Part shown: in pieces, positions 1 through 12,617 of the stretch
How positions within the stretch are numbered: position 1 is the stretch's first letter
Layout: each line of letters opens with the position of its first letter
Position numbers and translations under genes: made by a program
Notes under the pieces: model-generated
What the model was told of the DNA's origin: nothing
The model's database searches: none
What the model saw: only the letters and a program-made list of their open reading frames with translations
Source: Octopus sinensis
Lineage: Eukaryota
Direction: 5' to 3'
DNA: 64,000 nucleotides
Assembly (NCBI RefSeq): GCF_006345805.1
Contig: NC_043006.1
Span: 21,204,001 to 21,268,000 of the forward strand

Positions 1-814
1 CATACACGGGTTCTCTGTCACTGTTCAACTATAAGATATGCCGATATTTTCTATACAAGAAATAACTATACTATTAACATTGTTAGTATAACAGACATTA
101 CTGTTTCATCGATAAAAATAATATTTTTTTCATTATCACTATGTAGCGGAGTTGGAAAATCGTTTGAGCTCCATACAATATGATTTGTAGAAATTTTAAT
201 TAAGCAGTTTATCAAATCCTGCCGTGGTTGACTTTACTTTTCGTAATTGCGAGGCCGATAAGATATTTGAAGCGACTTGATTAACCCTCGTCATAAATTG
301 TGACAGTCGGACGACATCAGAAATCATTATCTTAATAACATCACAACAATTTGTTTCATACATTCTCCTTTACCCATTATATGTTGTAAAATAGAGTTAT
401 AGCCTCGATTTTCAACTTTATCAACCAGCTTTGGTTTGTGGTTCAGTGCTATCGTACGCGTTTCTGCATGTTTGTTTGATTTCCTAATAAGATTTATTTT
501 CCTACAAGGATATCGTCGGTATGATGTGAAATATTTATGACGGCCTTGTAATGATATCAGATAACATCTAAATTAATTTCATTCGTACATCATTTGTCTT
601 GTCACTAGATTAACCGTATTTATATGGCTTGTTCGTTTTGGCAGCATGATTTCTATTAAGAGTTCTTCAATTAAAATGTGTAAACTAATTCGTTTGGAGA
701 ATCTTCCTATAACGCGAATCAAAAACTGACACAAAGGGAACTAAAATCCGAAATGGATTTTAGTTGGTGATTATAAAACTCCCTATTGGTGCATTCGACC
801 AAATACACAACCAA

Positions 815-870
815 GTAAAACTATATTGTTTTATTACCCAAAGCCAGGAACTTTTCAGTACATTCTCGTG
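815..870. mobile_element. Solo mariner-type terminal inverted repeat fragment
   Basis: ttacccaaagccaggaacttttcagtac...tcgtg|ta matches the TIR of the mariner MITE at 41459-41639 (aaagccaggaactttt). Confidence 0.5.
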
Positions 871-895
871 TATATATATATATATATATATTATA

Positions 896-928
<33 letters not shown>

Positions 929-1297
929 TCTACTTATTATACAACATTACTCGTTTATGTATACTTTTTATATACATTCCTTTATATACACTGATTTGTT
1001 CTGCTTTTTATATCTAACCCTACAGTCTCTTACGTGGTGGTTTAATAAAGTATGTGATTGAGTATTATCTGGTAATTGATATTTGATTTAGATGTATTTC
1101 TCCATTTTCTTATCTTCTATTAGTAATTTGTGGTAAATCATTTTACCTTTGCCCATATAATACAGTAAATGAATTAATTGCATCGCAATCATTAACATTT
1201 ATGTAATAATTTTGTTGGGTACTTCACTAGCAGTATATTGGATATATTTAGCCCATGGAGGGTTGCATTTACAACCCCTATCTCAATTTGTATATAT

Positions 1298-1377
<80 letters not shown>

Positions 1378-1521
1378 AAATTTTGAATTTTATATATTTT
1401 TTATTAATTAATTTTATTTCTATGTATTGGTTTATGATTTTCACTGTTTGATTTGCCTAATAGTGGTTTTATCTCTAATTTAATATTGTATATATATATA
1501 TATATATTATATATATATATA

Positions 1522-2390
1522 TGCTTCATAGATTTCACTAAAGCGTTTGATAATGTAAAGCGTCCCTATCATGGAAATTGCTTGAAAGCACAAGAATCAG
1601 CTAGAGATATTAACCAGCTAAAACTCAAGATAATTCAATGGCTTTCGTCAAGACTGATATTGACTCCTCCAGATCAGTCAATTTATTAAAAGGAGTGAAG
1701 TAAGGATATGAACTTTCAACTATACTCCCGTATTGTAATCCCCGATAAACTTTCTAAAACCGAAGATGAATGTCCACCTGGAATCTCAATCAGAGGAACA
1801 TCGCTACTCTCAGTTATACTGATGATATTTTTGCATTTAAAGAACCCTGCCAGAACTTACAATTTTGTGTTGACTTTCTTGCTAAACGCCCTACAGAAGT
1901 CGGACTTCCTATCATCGTATCAAAACCAGATAAACTTAATCCAGACTTCAATCTTATAATATACAGCAAAACAGTAAAGCAAATCATCTACCCGGAACAC
2001 AAAATTTCTTCAACACACAATGCAATCATAGCAGTAAACCATGGAGTTGGACTTGGTTGGGCAGCCTTGGATAAGAACAAAATTGTAACTTCTTCAAAAC
2101 AAATCCAATACCACACACACACCAGCATCTACAGCACCTATATTCATCCAGTTGTTTTATAGGGGCTAAAATGTATCAACTGGCATTCTGTTGCACTAAA
2201 GAAAGTAGAAGCCTTTCAGACTCATCTTAAGCGACTTATTACTAACACCAAACTCTCAGACCATATCAGTATTGAAGATCACCATCACGGCTGACATGAA
2301 ACTCACCAACACATGAACTACTGGCAGGAAGAGAGAACACGAGATAGACAAAATGTCCAATTGTTGATATTATCAGTACCCATAGATATG
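1522..2390 (+). mobile_element. Decayed RTE-like LINE reverse transcriptase fragment
   Basis: Translations contain CFIDFTKAFDNV (RT motif), LSYTDD (YADD-like) and a downstream LYG...KKVEAFQTHLKRLI segment; several stops and frameshifts. Confidence 0.75.
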
Positions 2391-3309
2391 ACTTCAGTAT
2401 TTTATGAACTGGTTAATTGTACCAAAATCAACACCTCAAAGGCAGTAATATATTAATTGTTGAACAAGGGAGCAGAAAGGTTGCGAGAAAGGAATGCCTG
2501 CCTGTAAGGAGCAATCATTACCGAACCGGGCCAAGATAGAAGACAGAAAAAAATTATTCTGAGACAATTAATGTTACTTCAATATATAAATGTTCTGATA
2601 TAGACCAACATAATGTTATCTTAGTTCAGCTTGCTAATAATCATAGGTACCATATCATCCAGAAAATGCTATTCTCTGGATAACATGAACCCGGAAATAA
2701 AAACAGTCAAGCCCGTCCCTTCGAGATTTTGGTTGCAGTGACATTTACTATAAAATAATTTACACTGTCTTTCAAATACAAGCAATGTCTTAAATCTCTC
2801 ACAAGATCGTCCCTATTAACCGGTTATTGACAACTGCTATATGAAACGCAATGTTACTAAATAAGAAACGTGATAAATACAGCGAAATCTAAAAAGACAA
2901 TAATCTTACCGCGGAAATAAAGAATACAAATAGAAATAAACGTGGAAGATAACATTTTACAATTTTCAATTAAAATGAAGGAAACGGAAATCCATTCCCG
3001 AAATGCCATGTAAAGCAAATATTGGTGATTAATACAATGTATGGAATAACAGGTACAAGTATCAGAAAATGGACTTTGGGAATTAAATAAACAATTCCAT
3101 TTAAAATGTTGATTAAACACACAACTGCACAGAGAGTTTTTTTTAAAAAAGATATGACATAATGCTATAGGTTTACGTGTGTTAGTCGAGACAGAATTCT
3201 TTGATAAATTTTAAATTATAACTATTCATTCAACAAAATTGCTGTGGTTTCGTTTTCTGCCCAATGCTTGCTTCTGTCATTCATTAAAAAAATATATAGT
3301 TATATCTGT

Positions 3310-3460
3310 TCTGTCATTCTCTTTTCTGTTAACTAACTTCGGTCATTGCGCTGCGGCCATGGTGGGGCACTGCTTTGAATGATTTAGTCAATTGACTCAA
3401 CGCCAGTACTTATTTTCAGAAATGGTGCTTATTCTATCGAAATCTTTTCACCGAAGAACT
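3310..3460 (-). mobile_element. Old SINE family A 3' module
   Basis: Diverged match to the family A tail (gctgcggccatggtggggcactgc...cttattctatcg). Confidence 0.55.
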
Positions 3461-3617
3461 AATTTATTTTAATGTAAGAAATCCTCCACACACACACACA
3501 CACACACACACATGCACGCAGAGACACACACGCAATCATCCACACACCCACGCACGAACGCACATAAACACACACAGTCACACTCACACAACATATGCTC
3601 ACGCATGCACATATATT

Positions 3618-4875
3618 CAGGGGTTGGTCAAAATAATGGAAACACCTAGCACCATAGCGTCATAATTTTGAGTTATCTATAAAACCGTCAAAATCTTGTT
3701 TATTTTTATGTTTTTTGATTTATTATTAGTGTTGCTTAATATGTTTTCCTAAAATTGCTGTTTCTTTTCAGACAGCACCAGAAAAAGGTAATTAAAATTC
3801 ATTAAAATGACAGATCTATCGGACTTTCAAAGAGGTCAAATTGTTGGTGCTCATATGGCAAGCACTAGCGTAACGAAAACAGCCGAAATGTTTGGTGTAT
3901 CAAGAAGTACTGTTTCGAAAGTAATGACAGCCTTTGGGAAAGAGGGAATTACCTCCTTATCGAAACAAAGCCCCGGAAGAAAACCAAAACTTTCAGATAG
4001 TGACCGTTAAAGTCTTATGCGAATTGTCGGAAAGGATCACAAAAGTACAGCTCCCAAAATTACTGCAGAGTTTAATAACCACCTCGATAACCTACTTTCC
4101 ACAAAAACTGTTCGCCTGGAACTGTACAAATCCGGATTTCACGGGAAGGTTGCAATCAGAAAACCACTACTTTCAAAAACAAACGTTGCAAAGTGTTTAG
4201 ATGGAGTACAAACCTACAGAATTGGTCCCTAGAGCAGTGGAAGAATGTTATTTTCTCAGACGTCATCCGTTACCTTATTTTTGACCACCGGCTGATTATG
4301 CGCGCGGAGAAGGCCAAAAGAAGCACTTGACCCAGACTGCCTTCTCCCAGTTAAACATGGAAGAGGATCTGTGATGATCTGGGTGGCTATATCTTGGAAA
4401 TCCGACGGCCCAATGGTTTCCCTTCATGGCAGAATAAATAGTCAAGACTATTTAAACATTTTATCTGATCAAATTCATTCTATGGTTGTAGAACGGTTTC
4501 CGGAGGGAAACACAATCATTCAAGATGATAATGCACCAATTCGCACAGCTAAATTTGTTACTGAATGGCACGAGGAACATTCTAGTGAATTTGAACATCT
4601 TATCTGGCCGCCAGATCTCAATATTATTGAACATTTATGGTGCATTTTAGAAAAACAGTTAAGGAGTCGATAACCTCCACCATCATCACTACCAGAACTG
4701 GAGACTGTTTTAGCTGAAGAATGGACAGAAATTCCTTTGGAAACAATTCAAACTTTGTAAGAGTCTATACCTCATAGAATTCGAGTTGTAATTACTGCCA
4801 ATGTCAGTCCTACCCCATATGAAAATAAATTTGTTTGAAATTTTAAGGTGTTTCCATTAATATGTCCAACCTCTA
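3618..4875 (+). mobile_element. Tc1-like DNA transposon, full length, decayed (inferred DD36E/Incomer-type)
   Basis: 30-bp imperfect TIRs (3618-3647 and 4846-4875) with TA at the right end; transposase pieces MTDLSDFQRGQIVGA..., WKNVIFSD, QDDNAP...DLNIIEHLW. Confidence 0.9.
3807..4820 (+). pseudogene. Tc1 transposase pseudogene
   Basis: ORF pieces 3807-4010, 4017-4232 and 4371-4673 are collinear with the HTH and DDE domains; stops and frameshifts lie between them. Confidence 0.88.
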
Positions 4876-5144
4876 TATGTAAATGCACACGCCGAATCTG
4901 ATCACAAGGCGATGGACGACCCAGTTCTGTAGCAGAAGGCACTCGTCCAATGTGTGATACATTAGTATTCAACCCGCAATTGTGTAATTACGGAGCGAAC
5001 TTCTTAACCGCACAACCATGCCAAATAAATGTATATGTTACTGGCATTGTACGAAAGTAAAGCAAAATACTTGGATACTCTATAGAATAGCTCAAAAATT
5101 AAGAAAATATGTAGACTATAATCATATATATGCATATTATGTAT

Positions 5145-5353
5145 TACTCTTTTACTTGTTTCAGTCATTTGACTGTGGCCATGCTGAAGCACCGCTTTAG
5201 TCGAGCAAGTCGACCCCAGGAATTATTCTTTGTAAGCCTAGTACTTATTCTATCGGTCTCTTTTTGCCGAACCGCTAAGTTACGGGGGCATAAACACACC
5301 AGCATTGTAGTTAAGCGATATTGGGGGGGACAAACACAGACACGCAAATATAT

Positions 5354-5430
<77 letters not shown>

Positions 5431-5567
5431 CGACGGGCTTCTTTCAGTTTCCGTCTACGAAATCCACTCACAAGACTTTGGTCGGCCCGAGGCTATAGTA
5501 GATGACACTTGCCCAGGGTGCTACGCAGTGGGACTGAATCCGGAACCATACAGCCACTCCTGCACCT
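5145..5567 (-). mobile_element. tRNA-headed SINE family A with internal (CA)n(TA)n tract
   Basis: Near-identical to copies at 13095, 15781, 31152 and 46464; minus-strand head aggtgcaggagtggctg... carries a small deletion. Confidence 0.9.
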
Positions 5568-5829
5568 ATTCTACAAATGACTATGTTTTAGGCCACGTGT
5601 GAAATGTCTGAATTGTTATTTCTAATCGCAATGACGTCGAACATAATCTGGAACTGATAGTAATCAACACGAAGGGAATTATCTGAGTTCCCTGCATGCC
5701 AAAGGCGATGCTACAGTTCGGTCTTCTACTCCCGAGTGAGACAAAGTTACATGGAATTGTTTGTGATATTTTGGTCACTATCATGGATGCCAAGGGTAAG
5801 TTCTATAGATTGTGCATGACAGGAAGTAA

Positions 5830-6720
5830 ACAGCATTATGTTAGATCCTCACAGTTTTCCTGTCAGATTTAGTTATTAATTACAGTTATTAATTGCCTTG
5901 AGGGACATAAAGAGGAATTAATGCTGTACAGATACTTTTAATGAGCAAGATATTTCATGCGTATCATCGTCTCCGACTCAAGTTGAAGAGAAGACATCCA
6001 CGTTATGTAATCAAATACATACGTGGTACAACCCCAAAACTGTACTACTAGGACTGTTACTTACTCTTTTTCTGTAGCTTCCTGTAAATCCCACATGTTG
6101 CTGCATTTCTCAGATGTTTACTTGGTCTTTCTCCTAAACTAACACCGTTTACTCGTGTTGCCCTCATTAATTTAACCATTTTCAATACATTCTTTTCTTT
6201 CTCATATCTTCCCTGAAGTCAATGTTATCTTTTATGTTTTGAAAAGAATTTTGAGAAAGAGGTTTTCTATTTGCGTATTATTTATTTTTATTTGATTCTC
6301 TTTTTATCATTTCTTTTTGACTTAGAATATCCGAATTATTTTCGCCAGATTTATCTTTTGAGATTTCACTATAACTTCAAGCGATAACCTTTCTTTCATT
6401 TCTTTGAGCTTTTATTATTTTCGTTTCTGTGGTTTTATTCATTTGAAATATGGCTACTATCTTCTTTTGAATCTACCTGCGAGGTTTTGTTGGCACTTCA
6501 CATTTTATAACTATGTAAGCCACGTCTGCTCAATTTAATTTTCTTTTATATTTATCCAGAGACTAGTACTGTCTGTTGGCTTGTTTTATTATGGTTGGAT
6601 TTAATAACAATTTTTTTTTATGTTTAATTTCATCTCTTTCATTGATGATCAAAATTGTTATATTAATGATTAATTCTTTTAATACTAATCTAAGTGTTTC
6701 ATTAATATTCGTTACTATTA
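5830..6720 (-). mobile_element. Possible heavily decayed LINE (R4/Dong-like) fragment
   Basis: A-rich minus strand with a weak K-SP...V-FW-like remnant; no intact motif. Confidence 0.25.
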
Positions 6721-6956
6721 TTTTGTTCCTTTTCCTCTAATTCATTAAGAGGGGAGGTGCATCCGTTGCGGTGGATACATTTATCATAATTTATGTTCAG
6801 GTTCAACTTGACTATGTTGACGCTCTTAGGAAAATATAGTGAAGGGAGATTCCCCGTTCCAGACAGTTGTTGTTTAGCTCCGGATCAATCTTGATTGAAC
6901 AGACTTACGATCAAAAGCATTTTAACCATGACAATCCATTATTAATTTCAGGCATA

Positions 6957-7171
6957 TAAGGTGGCGAGCTGGCAGAATCGTTAGTATGCTGGACGAAATG
7001 CTTAGAGGCATTTCACCCGTCGCTACGCTCTGTGTTCAAATTCCGCCAAGGTCGAGTTTACTTTTCATCCTTTCGGGGTCAATAAAACAAGTACCAGTTG
7101 TGTACAGGGGGTCGATGTGATCGACCATCCCACTCACCCTAATTTCAATCCTTGTGCCTACAGTAAAAATG
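6957..7171 (+). mobile_element. SINE family C (tRNA-like head plus Nin/Deu-like core)
   Basis: gagctggcagaatcgttag...gttcaaattcc...cttttcatcctttcggggtcaataaaacaagtaccag; 19-bp TSD attattaatttcaggcata at 6938-6956 and 7172-7190. Confidence 0.9.
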
Positions 7172-7586
7172 ATTATTAATTTCAGGCATAGTAGTTCTTG
7201 GACTACCTCATTCAATGTTTCCTTCTTCCTTTACACTGCAAATAGTGATCTGATGTAGTCTGAGCTCTCTTTCTTATAGTTAGAGTAACTACACAGAGTT
7301 ATCTTTTTGGCAGGATTTCGAAGTAATTGAAGATTAGAGTGGCAAGTTCGAAGCTGGTAAGTGCCGTTTTACGGATGTTCAAGTTGCGTATAAACAAGCC
7401 ATATTGATCTCATAAATCTCAGAGGACATGCGAAGGTCACAAGTACAAACCTTCTTCTATGCGAGGTGTTCCAAATCTAGGATGGTGCGCACCCACCACG
7501 TGTTCGAGATGAAATTTCAGATGTTGCGACAAGAATGTAAGTATATACTTAACTAAAATCACTTTTCAGAATAAATATATTAACAG

Positions 7587-7795
7587 TGGAGGCGCAATGG
7601 CCCAATGGTTAGGGCAGCGGACTCGCGGTCAGAGGATCGCAGTTTCAATTCCCAGACTGGGCGTTGTGTGTGTTTATTGAGCGAAAACACCTAAAGCTCC
7701 ATGAGGCTCTGGCAGGGGGTGGTGGCGACCCCTTTTTATCAAATGGCGGTGCCCCAGCATGGCCACAGCTCATAAGCTGAAACTAGAATCAATCA
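7587..7795 (+). mobile_element. Chimeric SINE: family B head joined to a family A-like tail
   Basis: ggaggcgcaatggcccaatggttaggg head followed by ggcggtgccccagcatggccacagc...gctgaaact. Confidence 0.75.
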
Positions 7796-8313
7796 AAAAC
7801 TCTTAAGTAAATTAATTCAATTAAATACACCAAGAACTTTATTCTTCCACAGTACTATATGCAATTTAATTTTTCAAATGATGAAATATTCAATTTTGCA
7901 GAGGCACGAAAATTAAAGAAAGAGATACTGGAGCATAGAAAAGATAAGGAGCCAATGCTTTAGACTACGTCTTAAACATTGTTGTGTGTTGGAATTGTGA
8001 AACGATGCGGAATTGGCATGAAAACTGTGGAGAGATGTGTATGTCAAGCTGACTTTGTTTAGAGGAGCAAAAACCGCTGTAGTAGCTTTAGAAAAGCGTT
8101 AGAGAAGAAATGATATATCTATTAACAAGTAGATGTGGTTTGATTGTGAGTGTTTTTCAGAGAGCTGAAAAATCTTCTATTGATTATGCTTTAGGATATA
8201 TGCGTGCGTTAAGTATTGTGAAGGGTAAGGAAATGAATGTGGTTCCGTGAGCGGAGTTTGTGTTGTAGTAAAAATATTCTGGTTCAGAAGGGGAAGTTTT
8301 CTCTATGAATATT

Positions 8314-8480
8314 GGTTTCAAATTTTGGCACGACCAGCGAATTTAAGGGAGGGTTAAGTCGGTTACGTCGACTCCAGTATTCAACTGCTACTTATTTTAT
8401 CGACCCCAAAGGGATAAAAGACAAAGTCGACCTCGGCGGAATTCGAACTCAGAAAATGAAGACAGATGAAATGCTCCTAA
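8314..8480 (-). mobile_element. Old SINE family C copy
   Basis: tcgaccccaaagggataaaagacaaagtcgacctcggcggaattcgaactc matches family C. Confidence 0.75.
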
Positions 8481-9152
8481 GACCGACTCCTTTCTCTTAA
8501 ATTACCGACCTTGTGTTAAAATTTGAAACTAATATTAAGTCCAGATAAAAAAGCATAGTGTTTGGTGTTGATGGGTTGTACTTCAGAGCCGACACTTCCC
8601 TTTAAGGATAAGTAAGAATAAAGGCTGTTGAATAAATCGTGACCTGAGGTAGGCTAAAGAATAAATCAACAAAGATTATAGTCTTAGAATGAAACTGCTG
8701 TAGTTTACATGTTAGGAGGAGATTGTACTACTTTTTTTCATTATGGTTATGTTAATCTTATGTCATCCGCTAAAACTTCCCGTTACAGTTATTATAATGT
8801 TGTATATATGTCTTCTCTTGAAATCCTGTTAGCAATGAGCTCTTCGTTAAGCAACTCATGTTTTCATATATTTCTGCCCTGACCACAATTCAAAAACTTT
8901 CAGAGGTGTAACATTGTGCAAGTTCATTTCTGTAAATGTACCCGCAACCACAAAAATTCTCTGGACTTTTAACTGTTAATTTTAGCATATCGAGTTTCGG
9001 GGTAAGGGCTTCACATGCCGTGATCCTTTTGCTCATTCACTATAAATCTACGCATGCGTAAACGGACAAAACAGCCGTTCATTTTCACTTTTAGAAAGCT
9101 TAAATATATTTTCATATTCTAGTTTTATTTACACCAAGTTTTTAACGAGATG

Positions 9153-9208
9153 AATTTATTATAAGCAAAAAGTCCTACATACGTAGGACTTTTTGCTTAT
9201 AATAAATT
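9153..9208. repeat. Perfect 26-bp inverted repeat with 4-nt loop
   Basis: aatttattataagcaaaaagtcctac-atac-gtaggactttttgcttataataaatt. Confidence 0.95.
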
Positions 9209-9692
9209 TAAAGATTTTAGTTAACAGAATATATTTAATAAGATATTTTGTGATTTTGCTTTAAGATATATAGTTGGATTTTTGTTCGATTTTTTATTGA
9301 AAAATTACGTATTTTTATATATAGTTAAACTTTCTTATTAGATAATTTACCTACATTTATTTAATTATTTTCTTGTTTTTATCTTGGACCTAATGAGTGA
9401 CTATGTTTAAATTGAATTTATTTTACTGTTATCAGTTCGAAAATATAGCCATGAAACACGTGTAGTCTATTTACTAATTATATACTATTTATTTATTATT
9501 TCGTACTTAATTTAGTTCTAGGTAAGTGATTTATCGTATCTTTAATTTTTTTCGATATGGTATGATTTAAGTATATCATTGTTGGATTGCTACATGGTGG
9601 TTCTTCTCTAATTTATATATATTATATATTGCGAAATTTGATTTTGTGTTTCTAAATTGAATTTTTTCATGTAAGGATGGAATCATATTCCC

Positions 9693-9702
9693 TAATAATA
9701 AC

Positions 9703-9748
<46 letters not shown>

Positions 9749-9762
9749 TAATAATAATAATA

Positions 9763-9832
<70 letters not shown>

Positions 9833-9840
9833 TATTATTA

Positions 9841-9911
<71 letters not shown>
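9693..9911. repeat. (AAT)n then (ATT)n then (TA)n microsatellite
   Basis: Read directly; orientation switches at 9786/9787. Confidence 0.95.
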
Positions 9912-9913
<2 letters not shown>

Positions 9914-10076
9914 GACGGGCTTCTTTCAGCTTCCGTCTACTAAATTCACTCGCAAGGCTTTGGTCGCCTCGAAGCTACAGTAGAAGACACTTACCCAAGG
10001 TGCCACGCTGTGGGACTAAACCCGCAACCATGCGGTAGATAATCAAGCTACTTACCACACAGCCACTCCTGCACCT
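9911..10076 (-). mobile_element. SINE family A, 5' module only
   Basis: tacgacgggcttctttcag...cagccactcctgcacct, abutting (TA)n. Confidence 0.85.
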
Positions 10077-10242
10077 ATATATTTATATATATGATATGTT
10101 TTATGCGAAGGTATGTGGAAAATATAACAAAGATAAAATTCAAATTCTAACACGGTCATGTAATACAACACAACCAATTACCGCTATCGACAGACTATCT
10201 ATTGTGATAATGATGTGAGTTAGCATGTACATATTTCGTATG

Positions 10243-10385
10243 AAGGTATGTGGCTTAATGGTTAGGGTATTGGACTTACGATCATAAGCTCGTGGAGTCG
10301 ATTATGGTTAGGCAGAGTGTTAGAGCCTGAAGCAAGGATCATTGTTCGGTCTACTGAGTTGAAAATGAGTACCAACAGACAGCTA
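10243..10385 (+). mobile_element. Old tRNA-headed SINE (head D with Nin-like remnant)
   Basis: aaggtatgtggcttaatggttagggtattggact...aaaatgagtacca. Confidence 0.55.
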
Positions 10386-11339
10386 GATCAGCTTTCTATC
10401 CTCATACCTAGCACATCCTCCATGCTCCGCTGGGGTAAAGGATGGAATGGCTGAGTGGGTGTTTGTAGCTGCACGCAACTACACAGGCATCGAAAATAAC
10501 AAGTGAAAGCATGGTACAATCTACAAGATTGTACTGGTTTACAAATGGCGGTTTAGCCTTAACAGGTTTTGAATATATTTTAGAAGCTAATATGTATTTA
10601 GATAAAGAGATGAAGTGTTATAAAATGAATCCTTGTAAAGAAAATAATACCGTAGTATCAATCTTTAATCGTAGCACCAACTATGAGATTATTATTAAGA
10701 ATATTAGCTTAAATCCATCCAACAACTTTTTGATGAAATATTTCGAAGAAATTACATTTTTCTCTCCTTAAAAGCTATTTAATAGGATAATCATTATTTG
10801 AAAAGTATTTCCTTAGTTGAAGTGTCATAGGAGAAACTCATGTAATTTATTGTGAAGAGTCAACGAGGAAGCCTTCATATGATAGCTTGTCAAAGAGGAA
10901 GCTTTCATATAATAGCTTGTCAGCTTATAACAGCAAATAAATCTCCCTCAATTTTACAACCTTAAAGGTATTAGTATCTGAAAAAAAAAACAAAAAAAAA
11001 CAAATAAAAAGACGAAAATGGCAACAGATATGAAGGTAATTAGTTTGTTTATTGGTGTACTTCCAAGCCGCTGAAATGGATTTAAACAAGAATGAACAGT
11101 ACAAAACATCTTCTCAATGTTGAATATACAATGGCACCTTGTAAAAGTATAAGCGATAGTCAAGGAAACAAATTAATTTCATCGAAGCTGTGTTTATAAT
11201 TTAGAACATTAGGTTGGCAGCGTGGTAGGAAGGTGAGATAAAGAGACGTTGACAATGTTTTGAGTATCAATGATTCGCATCACCAGCGGCCTGATTTGCC
11301 AATGAGATTAAATTGCAACAGATATAAACTCCTTATATG

Positions 11340-11597
11340 TATACATACACATATGTATGTATGTGTATGTATGTATGTATGTATGTATGTATGTATGTAT
11401 GTATGTATGTATGTATGTATGTATGTATACATGTATGTATGTATGTATGTATGCATGTACATGTATGTATGTGTGTATGTATGTATATATATATATATAT
11501 ATATATACATACGTATTTATATATATATGTATGCCTATATAGATACACACACATGTATATATATAATATATATATATATATACAAATACATTCATAT

Positions 11598-11628
<31 letters not shown>

Positions 11629-11815
11629 ACATACATATATATATACACACACACGCATACTAACATATATATATATATATATGTACATACATATGCTATA
11701 AAGACTTGTGTGTGAATATGTGTATATACGTGTGTGTGTCTGTTTGTGTACATATAAACGTGTGTGCATATATATATATAAATATGTGTGTGTATGTATA
11801 TGTATATATGTAAAT
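11340..11815. repeat. Compound (ATGT)n/(TA)n/(CA)n microsatellite
   Basis: Read directly; explains ORFs 11260-11831. Confidence 0.95.
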
Positions 11816-12237
11816 ATGTCTTTGTTTTCAAGGTTGTGTAGGTGTGATTAATCGTTTACTATAATTCCTCCATAATATGTGATTATTTGGAATAAGTGTG
11901 GAATGTGTAATTAAAGAAGAGGTATGTTTAAACAATAATTGTAATATTGTAATTATTACCATTTATCTTTCCAAGATGAATGTTTACTGTGTTATACAAA
12001 TGCGCACATGCGCATAAACGCATGTTTTGTAAACAAGGATGCTCGTGTGTGTGTAGGTGTGTATACGTTTGTGTGAAAGTGAGAGAGAGAATGATGAGAG
12101 AAGGAGAGAAGGAGAGAAATGAGATATCGATAGATTAACAGACGAATGGATTACCCATTTATAATCATCCCTTTCACGCATTTACATGTAGAAATCCATA
12201 CATACATGTTGAGATGCGTGAGACTGAAATACATATA

Positions 12238-12617
12238 CACTACCGTCAGAAATTAATTAGCACCCTTGATTTGCTCTTCACTCAAGGTATGTGCTGTCAC
12301 CTAGTGGCTATATCTCGAACTATTGCTTTGTTGCGAGTTCACTGTTGCGCAGAACGATGACGTAACTTTGTTTGCAGAGCAGTTTGAGAGTCTACAGCCT
12401 TATGATGTTGACATAGCAGTGCAACAACAACTTGGAGTGCGGATGCAGACAAATCTTCCTTTGTTTAATAGATATAGGTAGCGCCTCGCAAGGACCGAAA
12501 TCACACCATACTAAGTTTTCTCATCGCGTAAGACGTTTTGAACAGCTCATAGGTTAATTGATTTAACCTATTTAATGTAGAAATTTGAGAAGTGCTAATT
12601 AATTTCTGACACAAGTG
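12238..12617. mobile_element. Tc1/mariner-type MITE (~380 bp)
   Basis: Perfect 19-bp inverted repeat gtcagaaattaattagcac (12245-12263) / gtgctaattaatttctgac (12592-12610) within CAC...GTG termini; TA at the left end. Confidence 0.7.

Noticed and set aside
10511-10771. 86-aa ORF as a real gene
   Set aside because: No recognisable domain, AT-driven composition, no supporting splice context.
10860-10921. 31-bp tandem duplication
   Set aside because: Ordinary two-copy slippage with no further structure.
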